Below are positions 46,884 to 57,424 of a stretch of 64,000 nt of DNA, piece after piece. The number at the start of each line of letters is the position of its first letter. The stretch's first letter is position 1. The stretch lies in assembly GCA_023701005.1 (NCBI GenBank), contig JAMPXW010000001.1, forward strand, positions 143,843-207,842, written 5' to 3'. The notes beneath the pieces are model-generated. The model had not been told where the DNA came from. It searched no databases and saw nothing but the letters and a program-made list of their open reading frames with translations. A program made the position numbers and the translations under genes. Origin of the DNA: Burkholderiales bacterium. GTDB taxonomy: Bacteria > Patescibacteriota > Minisyncoccia > Phycocordibacterales > UBA9973.

Positions 46884-49034
46884 ATGGAAAGAGATTATCC
46901 ACTAGAAAAAGTTAGAAACATAGGAATTATTGCGCACATTGACGCAGGTAAGACAACTACGACAGAACGTGTGCTTTTTTATACTGGAGTATCTCACAAG
47001 ATAGGTGAAGTGCATGATGGAGAAACCACTACAGACTGGATGGAGCAAGAAAGAGAAAGAGGTATCACAATCACTTCTGCAGCCGTCACTTGTTTTTGGA
47101 CACCCACTTACGCTTTAACCGATAAAAGTAAGAAACATCGTTTTAATATTATAGATACTCCTGGTCACATTGACTTTACAGTGGAAGTAAAAAGATCTCT
47201 TCGTGTCTTGGATGGTGCTGTCGTTGTATTTGATGGAGTAGCAGGAGTAGAACCTCAATCAGAAACAAACTGGCGTTATGCTGATGAAGCTAAAGTTCCT
47301 CGTATTTGTTTTGTTAATAAACTTGATAGAACGGGAGCTTCTTTTGAACATTCATACAAAACTATTTTAGATCGTCTTACAAAGAAGGCAGTAAGAATGC
47401 AAATACCTATAGGCTTGGAAGATAAACATGAAGGAGTTGTCGATTTATTAAATATGAAAGCTTTTTATTTCGAAGGAGAAATGGGCAATAAGGTAGTTGA
47501 AAAAGAAATTCCAGAAGATATGAAAGCTGAGGCAGAAAAATATCATCATGAACTTATTGAAAAGATAGTTGAACAAGATGATGATATCATGAATGCATAT
47601 TTAGAAGGGAAGACTCCAGACATGCCTACTTTGAAGAAGCTTTTGAGAAAAGGAGTTATTGCTAATGAAATTTTTCCAGTTTATGCTGGTTCCGCTTTGA
47701 AAAACAAAGGTGTACAATTGGTGCTTGATGGAGTTGTAGATTATTTACCTTCTCCTCTTGATATTCCTCCTATTGGTGGAACAGATCCAAATAATAATGA
47801 TGAACCAAGTCTAAGACATGCCTCAGACGCGGAACCTTTTGCGGCTCTTGCTTTCAAGGTTGCTACTGATCCATTCGTTGGTCAACTTATTTTCTTTAGA
47901 GTTTACTCTGGAACTTTAACTGCTGGTTCTTATATTTATAATCCACGAACTAGAAACAAAGAACGTATTGGTAGAATATTGCGTATGCATGCTAATGATA
48001 GAGAAGAAATGAAAAAAGTTTTTGCTGGAGAAATAGCAGCAGCTGTAGGCTTGAAAGATACAATCACCTCAGACACTATTTGTGATGAAGAAAATCCTAT
48101 AGAATTGGATAGAATAATCTTTCCTGAGCCTGTCATCCAATTGCGTATTGAACCAAAGACAAAAGCTGACCAAGAGAAAATGGGTATGGCTCTTAATCGT
48201 CTTGCACAAGAAGATCCTACATTTAAAGTTACTACAGACCAAGAAACAGGAGAGACTATCATCGCAGGAATGGGAGAGCTTCATCTTGAAATTATCGTTG
48301 ATCGTATGAAGAGAGAATTTGCTGTTGAAGCTAATGTTGGTAAGCCACAAGTGGCTTACAGAGAGACAATCACTGGCAATGCTGATGCAGAAGGTAAATA
48401 TATCAAACAATCTGGTGGACGTGGAAATTATGGACACGTTAAGATCAAAGTTAAACCAATGGCTATTCTTACTAAAGAAGAAGTTGAAGATTTACCAAAA
48501 AATACAAAGAGATCAAATGGTTTTGAATTTATAAATACAATTAAAGGAGGTGTCATTCCACAAGAATACATCGCTCCTTGTGAAAAAGGATTTAAAGAAG
48601 GTCTTGATCGTGGAGTATTAGCAGGATTCAAAATGGTAAATGTTTCTGTTGAGCTTTGGGATGGTAGTTATCACGAAGTGGATTCGAATGAAATGGCTTT
48701 CAAAATAGCAGCTTCTATGGCTATACAAGATGCATGTAAACGAGCAAGACCAGTCATTTTGGAACCGATGATGAAAGTAGAAGTCGTTACTCCAGAAAAA
48801 TTCATGGGAGATGTCACAGGAAATCTTTCTTCTAAGCGTGGACTTATCGAAGGCATGGAAGATCGTGGAATGAATAAAGTTTTGAATGCTATTGTTCCTC
48901 TTTCTGAAATGTTTGGATACATGACGGGTCTTCGTTCTATGACAGAAGGACGTGCATCATTCACAATGGAATTCTTGAGATACGATATTGTTCCAAATAA
49001 CGTAGCTGACACAATTATTGCAGCAAGAAAATAA
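46884..49034 (+). CDS. fusA: Elongation factor G
   Basis: [26 protein letters not shown]. Confidence 0.98.
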   Translation: MERDYPLEKVRNIGIIAHIDAGKTTTTERVLFYTGVSHKIGEVHDGETTTDWMEQERERGITITSAAVTCFWTPTYALTDKSKKHRFNIIDTPGHIDFTVEVKRSLRVLDGAVVVFDGVAGVEPQSETNWRYADEAKVPRICFVNKLDRTGASFEHSYKTILDRLTKKAVRMQIPIGLEDKHEGVVDLLNMKAFYFEGEMGNKVVEKEIPEDMKAEAEKYHHELIEKIVEQDDDIMNAYLEGKTPDMPTLKKLLRKGVIANEIFPVYAGSALKNKGVQLVLDGVVDYLPSPLDIPPIGGTDPNNNDEPSLRHASDAEPFAALAFKVATDPFVGQLIFFRVYSGTLTAGSYIYNPRTRNKERIGRILRMHANDREEMKKVFAGEIAAAVGLKDTITSDTICDEENPIELDRIIFPEPVIQLRIEPKTKADQEKMGMALNRLAQEDPTFKVTTDQETGETIIAGMGELHLEIIVDRMKREFAVEANVGKPQVAYRETITGNADAEGKYIKQSGGRGNYGHVKIKVKPMAILTKEEVEDLPKNTKRSNGFEFINTIKGGVIPQEYIAPCEKGFKEGLDRGVLAGFKMVNVSVELWDGSYHEVDSNEMAFKIAASMAIQDACKRARPVILEPMMKVEVVTPEKFMGDVTGNLSSKRGLIEGMEDRGMNKVLNAIVPLSEMFGYMTGLRSMTEGRASFTMEFLRYDIVPNNVADTIIAARK

Positions 49035-49054
49035 AAAATTAAAAAATAAATTTT

Positions 49055-49092
49055 CATCAAAAAAGCCTAGATTTATCTAGGTTTTTTTGATG
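49055..49092 (+). terminator. Terminator after fusA
   Basis: catcaaaaaagcctaga-ttta-tctaggtttttttgatg. Confidence 0.85.
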
Positions 49093-49165
49093 TTTACATA
49101 TTTGTAGAAAAGCATATAATTAATTTTTAGAATAAACTAATTGTTCAATCTATAAAGGAGGGTCT

Positions 49166-49363
49166 GTGAACTTACCTTTTGGCTTAGAAGAAGAAATAAA
49201 AAAGACTTTTACCGAAGAAGGGAGTGAGGTGCGTAAAGTCTTGTTTAGTAATGGCCCATTAAAAGATTTATCTAAAGCCATCAAAGATTCAAAAGCACCA
49301 ATAGAGGTAAAAAGTAGTTTACTTTTGAAAGTAACTAATGTTGAAAAATTTTGGTGTAGATAA
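49166..49363 (+). CDS. Small hypothetical protein inserted between fusA and tuf (SD-led cassette)
   Basis: TTTACA-16-TATAAT promoter, AAAGGAGG SD, GTG start, downstream hairpin about 49369-49392. Confidence 0.55.
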   Translation: MNLPFGLEEEIKKTFTEEGSEVRKVLFSNGPLKDLSKAIKDSKAPIEVKSSLLLKVTNVEKFWCR

Positions 49364-49411
49364 TATTATCCCCTGGCAGTAATGCTAGGGGAATGTTGTT
49401 TTATATATAAT

Positions 49412-49583
49412 TTGACATTATTATTTAATTTGCTACTATAGTAACAACTGCACTTTCTGCAGTTTTTATATTGCATTTTTATAAAATTATTAGTTAATTT
49501 AACCCGCCAGAGGCGGACAAGTTAGTAATAAGACCTTAGTGACTGGTTCTCGTACACTGAGTTCTCATTATTAAAAAAATATT
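49412..49583 (+). promoter_or_regulatory. tuf promoter and structured 5' leader
   Basis: TTGACA(49412)-16-TACTAT(49434); three hairpins before ATG 49584. Confidence 0.65.
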
Positions 49584-50777
49584 ATGGCAGAAGAATTTAA
49601 AAGAGATAAACCACATATTAACGTAGGTACTATCGGTCACGTTGACCATGGTAAGACTACTTTAACTGCGGCTATATTAAACGTGCTTAACCTAGCTGGT
49701 AAAACAGTTAGACTTCGTGGTGTTGATCAAATCGACAATGCCCCAGAAGAAAAAGCTCGTGGAATCACTATTAACATTTCACACAATGAGTATGCTACTG
49801 ACGCTCGTCACTACGCACACATCGATGCTCCAGGCCACGCTGACTATATTAAAAACATGATCACAGGTGCTGCTCAAATGGACGGTGCTATTTTGGTGGT
49901 TGCTGCTACAGACGGTGCCATGCCTCAAACACGTGAACACGTTCTTTTAGCAAAACAAGTTGGTGTTCCAAAAATGATTGTTTTCTTAAACAAATGCGAC
50001 ATGGTTGATGATAAAGACATGCTTGATTTGGTTGAAGAAGAAATCCGTGAACTTCTAACAAAGCAAGGTTTTGATGGTGCAAATGCCCCTGTTATCAGAG
50101 GTTCTGCTCTAAAAGCCCTTGAAGCTACAGATGTAAACGATGAATGGGCAAAGAAAATTCTTGAATTAACAAATGCTTTGGATACTTATATTCCAGTTCC
50201 AGAGAGAGATACTTCAAAGCCATTTCTTATGCCAGTTGAAGATATATTCTCAATCGAAGGCCGTGGAACAGTCGTTACAGGTAAAATCGAAAGAGGAGTA
50301 GTAAAGGTTGGTGAAGAAGTAGAAATCATTGGTATTAAAGCAACTCAAAAGACTACTGTCACTGGTATCGAAATGTTTAACAAGAACTTACAAGAAGGTA
50401 TGGCTGGAGACAATGCTGGTATCTTGCTTCGTGGTCTTAAGAAAGAAGATATCACACGCGGACAAGTTCTTGCAAAACCAGGAACAGTAACTCCACATGA
50501 TAACTTTACTTGTGAAATCTACGTTTTGAAGAAAGAAGAAGGTGGACGTCATACTCCATTCTTCAAAGGTTACAAACCTCAATTCTACATTCGTACTACA
50601 GATGTTACAGGAGATGTCACACTAGCTGATGGAGTAGAAATGGTTATGCCAGGAGATACTGCAAAGCTTACAGTTAAATTAGTTACACCAGTTGCTCTTG
50701 AAGAACAACAAAAGTTTGCTATCCGTGAAGGAGGTAAGACAGTTGGAGCAGGAGTTGTTACAAAAATATTGGGATAG
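49584..50777 (+). CDS. tuf: Elongation factor Tu
   Basis: [21 protein letters not shown]. Confidence 0.99.
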   Translation: MAEEFKRDKPHINVGTIGHVDHGKTTLTAAILNVLNLAGKTVRLRGVDQIDNAPEEKARGITINISHNEYATDARHYAHIDAPGHADYIKNMITGAAQMDGAILVVAATDGAMPQTREHVLLAKQVGVPKMIVFLNKCDMVDDKDMLDLVEEEIRELLTKQGFDGANAPVIRGSALKALEATDVNDEWAKKILELTNALDTYIPVPERDTSKPFLMPVEDIFSIEGRGTVVTGKIERGVVKVGEEVEIIGIKATQKTTVTGIEMFNKNLQEGMAGDNAGILLRGLKKEDITRGQVLAKPGTVTPHDNFTCEIYVLKKEEGGRHTPFFKGYKPQFYIRTTDVTGDVTLADGVEMVMPGDTAKLTVKLVTPVALEEQQKFAIREGGKTVGAGVVTKILG

Positions 50778-50837
50778 TTAAAATTTATAAAGTTTAACGC
50801 GATAATATAATTAAATTTGACTTTATAAATCATCATT

Positions 50838-51233
50838 ATGACAACCAAAGAATTAAAAACAAAAAAGCCAAAATCTGAAACAAAGGTTAAGAAAGTTGTT
50901 TCTAAGAAAGAGAAGAAAGAAGATGGCAAGGTGATACTTCGTATCCGAGTTCGTGCTTACGAGAGCAAGATCTTAGATGCGTCTGTCAAACAGATTATAG
51001 ATACGGCTATGCGTTATGATGCAGATATTGTCGGACCTGTACCACTACCAACAGAGATCAAAAAATATACAGTCAATCGTGCTTCTTTTATTTATAAAAA
51101 TACACGAGAACAATTTGAAATAAGAGTTCACAAAAGATTGATTGATATTATAAATCCAAATCCGAAAACAGTTGAAGCCCTTACAAACCTATCACTTCCA
51201 TCCGGAGTAGATATAGATGTAAAAATGCTTTAA
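50838..51233 (+). CDS. rpsJ: 30S ribosomal protein S10 with Lys-rich N-terminal extension
   Basis: LRIRVRAY, GPVPLPT, REQFE, HKRLIDI. Confidence 0.96.
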   Translation: MTTKELKTKKPKSETKVKKVVSKKEKKEDGKVILRIRVRAYESKILDASVKQIIDTAMRYDADIVGPVPLPTEIKKYTVNRASFIYKNTREQFEIRVHKRLIDIINPNPKTVEALTNLSLPSGVDIDVKML

Positions 51234-51255
51234 TGAAAGCTAATACCATAAATTT

Positions 51256-51870
51256 ATGAAATTTATTCTTGGAAAAAAAGAAAATATGACAGAGTATTTT
51301 TCTCCCGAAGGGCAGGTATTTCCTGTTACTATCATATCTGCTGGTCCTGTCACCGTCACAAAGGTTTTTGAAAAATCAAAAGACGGATACAATGCAGTAC
51401 AAGTAGGATATGGAGTTCAAAAAGAACACAGAATTTCAAAAGGAGAAAAAGGTGCCATGAAAGGTGGCCTTTATAAAGATTTGAAAGAATTTAGATTGAA
51501 GCCAATCGATTCTACAGACGTAAAAGAAGGGGATGTTATTGATGTTTCTTCTTTTGCTGTTGGAGATAAATTGCAAGTTTCAAGTGTTTCAAAAGGTAAA
51601 GGTTTTCAAGGAGTAGTCAAAAGACATGGTTTTAGTGGAGGTCCAAGATCTCATGGTCAAAAGCACTCTGAAAGAGAGCCTGGAAGTATCGGTGGAGGTT
51701 TGCGTACACACGTACCAAAAGGAATGAGAATGGCAGGTAGAATGGGAAGTGATCGTATCACACAAAAGAATTTGAAAGTAATTTTTATAGATAAAGAAAA
51801 TAACACAATGCTTGTGAAAGGTGCGATAGCAGGAAAGCGTGGAACTTTAGTTGAAATAATTAGTCGTTAA
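51256..51870 (+). CDS. rplC: 50S ribosomal protein L3
   Basis: SKGKGFQGVVKRH, RMAGRMG. Confidence 0.97.
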   Translation: MKFILGKKENMTEYFSPEGQVFPVTIISAGPVTVTKVFEKSKDGYNAVQVGYGVQKEHRISKGEKGAMKGGLYKDLKEFRLKPIDSTDVKEGDVIDVSSFAVGDKLQVSSVSKGKGFQGVVKRHGFSGGPRSHGQKHSEREPGSIGGGLRTHVPKGMRMAGRMGSDRITQKNLKVIFIDKENNTMLVKGAIAGKRGTLVEIISR

Positions 51871-51874
51871 AAAT

Positions 51875-52537
51875 ATGGAAGCAAAAATATACAATCAAAA
51901 AGGAAAAGAAGCAGGGGTAATAAGTTTACCTACTAAGGTTTTCTCTGCAAAGTGGCGCGCAGACTTAGTTCATCAAGTAGTAGAAGGAATGCGTTCCAAT
52001 AAACGCGCAGGCACAGCAGATACGAAAGATCGCGGAGAAGTTCGTGGTGGAGGTAAAAAGCCATGGAAACAAAAAGGTACAGGACGTGCTCGTCATGGAT
52101 CTACTCGTTCACCTATATGGGTTGGAGGAGGTGTCACACATGGTCCACTAGCAGAAAAGAATTACAAGAGAAAAATTTCAAAGAAAATGCGTGCGCAAGC
52201 TTTGTTCTCTGTGCTTTCTAAGAAATTGAAAGATGAAGAAATAATCTTTGTTGATTCACTCTCGTTAGCAGCAACAAAAACAAAAGATGCCGTAGAAGTT
52301 ATGAATAATCTTTCCAAAGCTTCTGGTTTGAAACCGCTTGCAAATTCAAAGAAACCAAGAGTTCTTGTTGCTTTATTTGATCGTAATGAAAAGACAGAAA
52401 AGAGTTTTAGAAATTTACCTCAATTAGAATTGGTATTTCTAAAAAATATAAATCCACTTGATGTTTTGAAATATAAGTATCTTTTAATAGAAAATCCTGT
52501 AGAGAGTACAAAGTTTTTGGAATCTCGTGGAGCATAA
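51875..52537 (+). CDS. rplD: 50S ribosomal protein L4
   Basis: GGGKKPWKQKGTGRARHGS. Confidence 0.97.
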   Translation: MEAKIYNQKGKEAGVISLPTKVFSAKWRADLVHQVVEGMRSNKRAGTADTKDRGEVRGGGKKPWKQKGTGRARHGSTRSPIWVGGGVTHGPLAEKNYKRKISKKMRAQALFSVLSKKLKDEEIIFVDSLSLAATKTKDAVEVMNNLSKASGLKPLANSKKPRVLVALFDRNEKTEKSFRNLPQLELVFLKNINPLDVLKYKYLLIENPVESTKFLESRGA

Positions 52538-52546
52538 TTTAAACAT

Positions 52547-52828
52547 ATGAGAGATATAGCAATAAAAACAATTAAAAATCCTAGGATAACAGAGAAAGCA
52601 AGTAATGTTTCTGCAATGAACGTCTATACTTTTAATGTTGCAAAATCTGCAAATAAAAAGGAAATAGAAAAAGCTATTTTTTCACTATACAAAGTAAAAC
52701 CAGTAAAAGTAAACATTCTTCCTATTCCTTACAAGACTATTATGTCTAAGGGTAAAAAGGGGACAAGAGGTGGTGGAAAGAAGGCGATAGTTTATTTAAA
52801 AAAGGAAGATAAAATAGAATTTATTTAA
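52547..52828 (+). CDS. rplW: 50S ribosomal protein L23
   Basis: PRITEKA, ANKKEI, KKAIVYL. Confidence 0.95.
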   Translation: MRDIAIKTIKNPRITEKASNVSAMNVYTFNVAKSANKKEIEKAIFSLYKVKPVKVNILPIPYKTIMSKGKKGTRGGGKKAIVYLKKEDKIEFI

Positions 52829-52830
52829 AT

Positions 52831-53679
52831 ATGAAAAAGTACAAACCTACAAGTAAATCAAGAAGGCAGATGACGAACATCAATTATCGTGAGTTTTTGA
52901 CCGAGACAAAACCAACGAAATCTCTTACTTATGGTTTCAAGCGTTCTGTCGGAAGAAACAGTGCTGGACGTATAACCATGAGACACAAAGGAGGTGGACA
53001 CAAGCGTCTATATCGCGATGTCGATTTTCTTTACAACAAGAAAGATATTTCTGCAAAAATAACAACTATTGAATACGATCCAAATCGTAGTGCATTTATC
53101 GGTCTTGCTGTATACAAAGATGGTGAAAAGAGATATGTAGTACTTCCAAAGACAGTTAAGCCAGGAATGACTTTCATAGTTTCAGAAAAAGCAGAGCTCT
53201 CAGTAGGTAACAGATTGCCATTAAAGAATATTCCAGTCGGTACATTTGTTTACAATGTAGAGATAAAGCCAAGAGGAGGTTCAAAGATAGGACGATCTGC
53301 TGGTATATTCGCACAAGTTGTAGCAAATGCTGATGGTTATACAAATTTAAAGATGCCATCTTCTGAAGTTAGAAAAATTGATGAAAATTGTTATGCTTGT
53401 ATCGGAACAGTTTCAAATGAAGAACATCATTTAGAAAATTTTGGTAAAGCAGGACGTAGTCGTTGGAAAGGTATCAGACCTACAGTCAGAGGTACAGCCA
53501 TGAATCCAGTAGACCATCCATACGGAGGAGGTGAAGGAAGACAGGGCCGTGGTACAAAGCGCCCTAAGACTCTATGGGGTAAAGTTACTGGAGGAAGAAA
53601 GACAAGAACTCCAAAGAAATACTCAAATGTGTTCATCGTTTCTCGAAGAAAAACAGGTAAATCACGAAAAGGACAATAA
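52831..53679 (+). CDS. rplB: 50S ribosomal protein L2
   Basis: IEYDPNRSA, AMNPVDHPYGGGEG. Confidence 0.98.
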   Translation: MKKYKPTSKSRRQMTNINYREFLTETKPTKSLTYGFKRSVGRNSAGRITMRHKGGGHKRLYRDVDFLYNKKDISAKITTIEYDPNRSAFIGLAVYKDGEKRYVVLPKTVKPGMTFIVSEKAELSVGNRLPLKNIPVGTFVYNVEIKPRGGSKIGRSAGIFAQVVANADGYTNLKMPSSEVRKIDENCYACIGTVSNEEHHLENFGKAGRSRWKGIRPTVRGTAMNPVDHPYGGGEGRQGRGTKRPKTLWGKVTGGRKTRTPKKYSNVFIVSRRKTGKSRKGQ

Positions 53680-53686
53680 TAAAAAT

Positions 53687-53717
53687 AAAAAATCCTCCTT
53701 GTCAGGAGGATTTTTTT
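53687..53717 (+). terminator. Terminator splitting the S10 operon after rplB
   Basis: aaaaaatcctcct-tgtc-aggaggattttttt. Confidence 0.85.
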
Positions 53718-53754
53718 GTGATAATATTTTGGTGAATAATAGATGGAGGTTTTT

Positions 53755-53976
53755 ATGGGTTCTCCAGATGGAGAGTTTTCTGAAAATTTTTTTGATAAAA
53801 AAGGAGAAGAGTTTGAAAATCGCTTGAATAAGGAAATAGATCATCTTCTTGCAAAAAATGTTCCTTATAAAATACCAATAGATATGAAAATGCCGCATAT
53901 TTTTATTGGTATATTAGTTGGAGTTATTTTGACTCTATTAATTCTTTTATTAAAGGATCAAAAAATCTTGTTTTAA
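53755..53976 (+). CDS. Small tail-anchored hypothetical protein inserted between rplB and rpsS (SD-led)
   Basis: GGAGGT before ATG 53755; C-terminal TM; hairpins on both sides. Confidence 0.55.
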   Translation: MGSPDGEFSENFFDKKGEEFENRLNKEIDHLLAKNVPYKIPIDMKMPHIFIGILVGVILTLLILLLKDQKILF

Positions 53977-54164
53977 AATAAAAAGGAGGATAAAACCTCC
54001 TTTATTTTATTTGACCCAAATTATTTTTATTAGATTATTACACAACATATTCAAAATTCTGCAACTAGATTTTAAATGACCTAATAAAATTAATATCCAT
54101 TTTAAAATTTGACTTTATTTTTTATTTTGCTATTATGAACACAAGCTCGTTAGGAGCTTTTTTT

Positions 54165-54512
54165 ATGACAAGATCAATCAAAAAAGGTTTAAATATAGAC
54201 GAAAGATTGTTGGGAAAGATAGCTGGCAAAAATCCGCTTCAAACCCCAATGATAAAGACATGGAAAAGAGCATGTCAGATAGCTCCAGAAATGGTTGGCT
54301 TTACTTTTGGTGTTCATAACGGCAAGACACATGTCGAAGTTTTGGTAACAGAAGACATGGTAGGACACAGACTTGGAGAATTTTCACCAACAAAGAAATT
54401 CATGAAGCATGGAGGAAAGATGCAGAAAGAATTAGAACAAAAGAAGAAAGAAGCTGAGATAACACAAGCTAAGTCCGCTTCAGCTGCAGCTGCTGACGCT
54501 AAGAAAAAATAA
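54165..54512 (+). CDS. rpsS: 30S ribosomal protein S19 with Lys/Ala-rich C-terminal tail
   Basis: MTRSIKKG, VHNGK, MVGHRLGEFSPT. Confidence 0.97.
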   Translation: MTRSIKKGLNIDERLLGKIAGKNPLQTPMIKTWKRACQIAPEMVGFTFGVHNGKTHVEVLVTEDMVGHRLGEFSPTKKFMKHGGKMQKELEQKKKEAEITQAKSASAAAADAKKK

Positions 54513-54530
54513 TTAAATTAAGATATTTAC

Positions 54531-54989
54531 ATGAAAGCATTTTTAAAAAATTACAGACAAGCTCCGAGAAAAGTTCGCTTAGTAGCAGGTCTTATAAAAG
54601 GGAAGAGTGTAAACCAAGCTTTAGCTGAGTTAGACTTTTTGGCTAAACGCGCAGGTTTCCCTATGAGAAAACTTTTACTTTCAGCTGTAGCCAATGCTAA
54701 AGAAATGGGAGTAGATAAAGAAAATTTGTTTATAAAAGAGGTAAGAGTAGATAAAGGTATAGTAATGAAAAGAATGATGCCAGCAGCTATGGGTACAGGA
54801 CACAGGATAAATAAGCGTACAAGTCACGTCGCTCTACTTTTAGCAGAAAAGACACAAACATCAAAGAAACAAAATAAAGAGACAAAAGAAAAGAAAGAAG
54901 TTATTAAGAAAGAAGAAAAAGATTCTCCAAAAAAGGCGACTCTTAAGAGAGTTTCCCCAAGGGTCGCCCTTAAGAAGAAAGTAAAATAA
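54531..54989 (+). CDS. rplV: 50S ribosomal protein L22 with Lys-rich tail containing a palindrome
   Basis: RQAPRKVRLVA, SAVANA, KRTSH. Confidence 0.96.
   Translation: MKAFLKNYRQAPRKVRLVAGLIKGKSVNQALAELDFLAKRAGFPMRKLLLSAVANAKEMGVDKENLFIKEVRVDKGIVMKRMMPAAMGTGHRINKRTSHVALLLAEKTQTSKKQNKETKEKKEVIKKEEKDSPKKATLKRVSPRVALKKKVK
54935..54968. repeat. In-frame inverted repeat in the L22 tail
   Basis: ggcgactctt-14 nt-aagggtcgcc. Confidence 0.6.
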
Positions 54990-54993
54990 TTTT

Positions 54994-55707
54994 ATGTCAA
55001 AAATAGTACACCCATATGCACATAGATTGATAATGCTTAGAGATTGGAAATCTCATTGGTTTGCTGATCCTAAGAAATATTGTGATCACTTAAAAGGTGA
55101 TGTTTTAATACGTGAATATTTAGAAAAGAAGTTGCGTACTATGTATGTGTCTTCTATCGAAATAGAAAGAAATCAAAAGACTACTCGTTTTATAATCAAA
55201 ACATCACGTCCAGGTCTTATCATTGGTAGAAACGGTGAAGGTGTTATAAAACTCAAAGAAGATATCTTGAAAAAGATGGCTAAGTTAAAACTTACCAAGT
55301 CAGAAGATTTTAAATTGGAAATAGTTGAAGTTTCAAATCCAGAAGCAGATGCCACTATCGTGGCTTATATGATAGCTGAAGGCTTAGAAAAAAGAATGCC
55401 TTATCGCCGAGTAATAAAACAAATGGTAGAAAAGGTGATGATGGCACACGGAGTACAAGGAGTGAGAGTAGTATTGGGAGGTAGATTGGGAGGTGCTGAA
55501 ATAGCCCGTACTGAAGAATTAAAGCGTGGAAGTATCCCACTTCAGACCTTCCGAGCAGATATTGATTTCAAAAGAGAGCGAGCTACTTTACCTTATGGCG
55601 TCATAGGAATAAAGGTTTGGATTTATCGCGGAAAGATTTTTGCTGATAAAAAGATTAACATGCATAATGCAGCAGATGGAGCAGAAAAGAAATTAAAAAA
55701 TAATTAA
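54994..55707 (+). CDS. rpsC: 30S ribosomal protein S3
   Basis: RPGLIIG KH domain, GRLGGAEIAR, PLQTFRADID. Confidence 0.97.
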   Translation: MSKIVHPYAHRLIMLRDWKSHWFADPKKYCDHLKGDVLIREYLEKKLRTMYVSSIEIERNQKTTRFIIKTSRPGLIIGRNGEGVIKLKEDILKKMAKLKLTKSEDFKLEIVEVSNPEADATIVAYMIAEGLEKRMPYRRVIKQMVEKVMMAHGVQGVRVVLGGRLGGAEIARTEELKRGSIPLQTFRADIDFKRERATLPYGVIGIKVWIYRGKIFADKKINMHNAADGAEKKLKNN

Positions 55708-55734
55708 CTACGAGCTTAACACCACAAAAAATTT

Positions 55735-56163
55735 ATGTTATTCCCTAAAAAAGTAAAATTTAGAAAATGGCAATCCGCACGTACTAACCCTAAGGCTATT
55801 ACTCCAGAAACCCGCGGTACCAAATTATCTTTCGGTTCTTATGGATTGAAAGCTGTAACTCAAGCCAGAGTGAGATCAAATCAGATTGAATCTGCTAGAA
55901 AGGTTATTTCTCGTACTTTAACAAAGACTGGTAAATATTGGGTTCGTATTTTCCCTGACAGACCTTTCACAGCTAAAGCCGCAGAAGTAGGAATGGGAAA
56001 GGGTAAAGGAGATCCACAAGGATATTGTTTTGATGTTGGTCCAGGACGTATTTTGTTTGAAGTAGATGGAGCAGAAGAATCTGTAGCCCATGAAGCATTA
56101 AGAAAAGCTGGTACGAAACTTCCTGTAAAGACAAAGATAGTTTCAAGAATTCATAAACAGTAA
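55735..56163 (+). CDS. rplP: 50S ribosomal protein L16
   Basis: MLFPKKVKFRK, RIFPD, MGKGKG. Confidence 0.97.
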   Translation: MLFPKKVKFRKWQSARTNPKAITPETRGTKLSFGSYGLKAVTQARVRSNQIESARKVISRTLTKTGKYWVRIFPDRPFTAKAAEVGMGKGKGDPQGYCFDVGPGRILFEVDGAEESVAHEALRKAGTKLPVKTKIVSRIHKQ

Positions 56164-56203
56164 TAAAATAGGGATTAGGTATTAGAAAAATACAAAATAA
56201 TTT

Positions 56204-56395
56204 ATGTCAAAGAAAAAAGAAAATTTAAAAGGAGAAAAGATTGAAGAGCTAAAGAAGAAGCTTATTCTGTTAGAAGAAAAGATAAGATCAATGAGATTTA
56301 AAGCTGAGGGCTCAAAATCAAAAAATGTTAAAGAACATGCAAATTTAAAGAAAGAAGTGGCAAGAATTTTAACAGAGATAAATAGAAAGAAATAA
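56204..56395 (+). CDS. rpmC: 50S ribosomal protein L29
   Basis: LKKEVARILT; syntenic position. Confidence 0.9.
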   Translation: MSKKKENLKGEKIEELKKKLILLEEKIRSMRFKAEGSKSKNVKEHANLKKEVARILTEINRKK

Positions 56396-56398
56396 TTT

Positions 56399-56674
56399 AT
56401 GGCAAAGAAAACAACAAAAGAAAATATAAAGGATGATACACAAAAGAAAGGTAATATCTTGAGTGGTGTTGTGGTGTCAGACAAAATGGACAAGACTATT
56501 GTTGTTTCTGTTTCTCGTTTTGTTAAACATCCTAAATATGGCAAATTTTATAAAATAAATAAAAAATACAAGGCACACGACGAAGAGAACACATTTAAAA
56601 CAGGAGACAAGGTAGAAATAATAGAGACAAAGCCAATATCAAAGGATAAAAAATTTAAAGTAGTAAATAAATAA
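56399..56674 (+). CDS. rpsQ: 30S ribosomal protein S17
   Basis: [26 protein letters not shown]. Confidence 0.96.
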   Translation: MAKKTTKENIKDDTQKKGNILSGVVVSDKMDKTIVVSVSRFVKHPKYGKFYKINKKYKAHDEENTFKTGDKVEIIETKPISKDKKFKVVNK

Positions 56675-56681
56675 TAATTTT

Positions 56682-57053
56682 ATGATTCAAAATGAGACTT
56701 TAGTAAAAATTACAGACAATGCAGGAGGTACCGTAGGTAAGGTATTTAAGATTTTAGGTAGCTCCAAAAAGAGATACGCCACATTGGGTGAGCTTGTCAT
56801 AATATCTGTCAAAATAGCTTCTCCAAGAAAGGCAGTAAAGAAGAAGGACGTTCATCAAGCTGTCGTTGTTCGTACACGAAATGCTTTTAGAAGAAAAGAT
56901 GGATCTTATATTCGTTTTGATGATAACGCTGTCGTTTTATTAGAAAAAGGAAAGCTTGATCCTAAGGCTGGACGTATCTTTGGACCTATTCCAAGAGAGT
57001 TGGCAGAAAAGGGATTTCAGAAGATAATTTCCTTAGCGCCAGAAGTAATATAA
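56682..57053 (+). CDS. rplN: 50S ribosomal protein L14
   Basis: DNAG, IRFDDNAVV, RIFGP, SLAPEV. Confidence 0.97.
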   Translation: MIQNETLVKITDNAGGTVGKVFKILGSSKKRYATLGELVIISVKIASPRKAVKKKDVHQAVVVRTRNAFRRKDGSYIRFDDNAVVLLEKGKLDPKAGRIFGPIPRELAEKGFQKIISLAPEVI

Positions 57054-57078
57054 ATACGAACTTAACATATATAAAATT

Positions 57079-57384
57079 ATGAAATTAAAAAAAGGAGACA
57101 ATGTAATAGTGATATCAGGAAAAGATAAAGGCAAGAAAGGAAAGATTGCTAGTGTCTTAGTTGAGAAAAATAGAGTAATCATAGAAGGTATAAATATGAT
57201 GAAGAAACATCAACGCCCTAGAAAGTCTGGCGAAAAAGGAACAAAGATGAACATAGCTATGCCTATTCATGCTTCCAATGTTATGGTTGTAGATTCTAAA
57301 ACAGGGGAGAGAAGTCGAGTAGGAAAGAAGAAAGTAGGAGACAAGATGATTAGAGTCACAAAAAAGAGTGGTCAAGAGATATAG
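57079..57384 (+). CDS. rplX: 50S ribosomal protein L24
   Basis: KKGDNVIVISGKDKGK, PIHASNV. Confidence 0.97.
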   Translation: MKLKKGDNVIVISGKDKGKKGKIASVLVEKNRVIIEGINMMKKHQRPRKSGEKGTKMNIAMPIHASNVMVVDSKTGERSRVGKKKVGDKMIRVTKKSGQEI

Positions 57385-57424
57385 TAGAAAGTTTATAAAG
57401 TTCATAAAGTTGTAAAGTAAAAAA

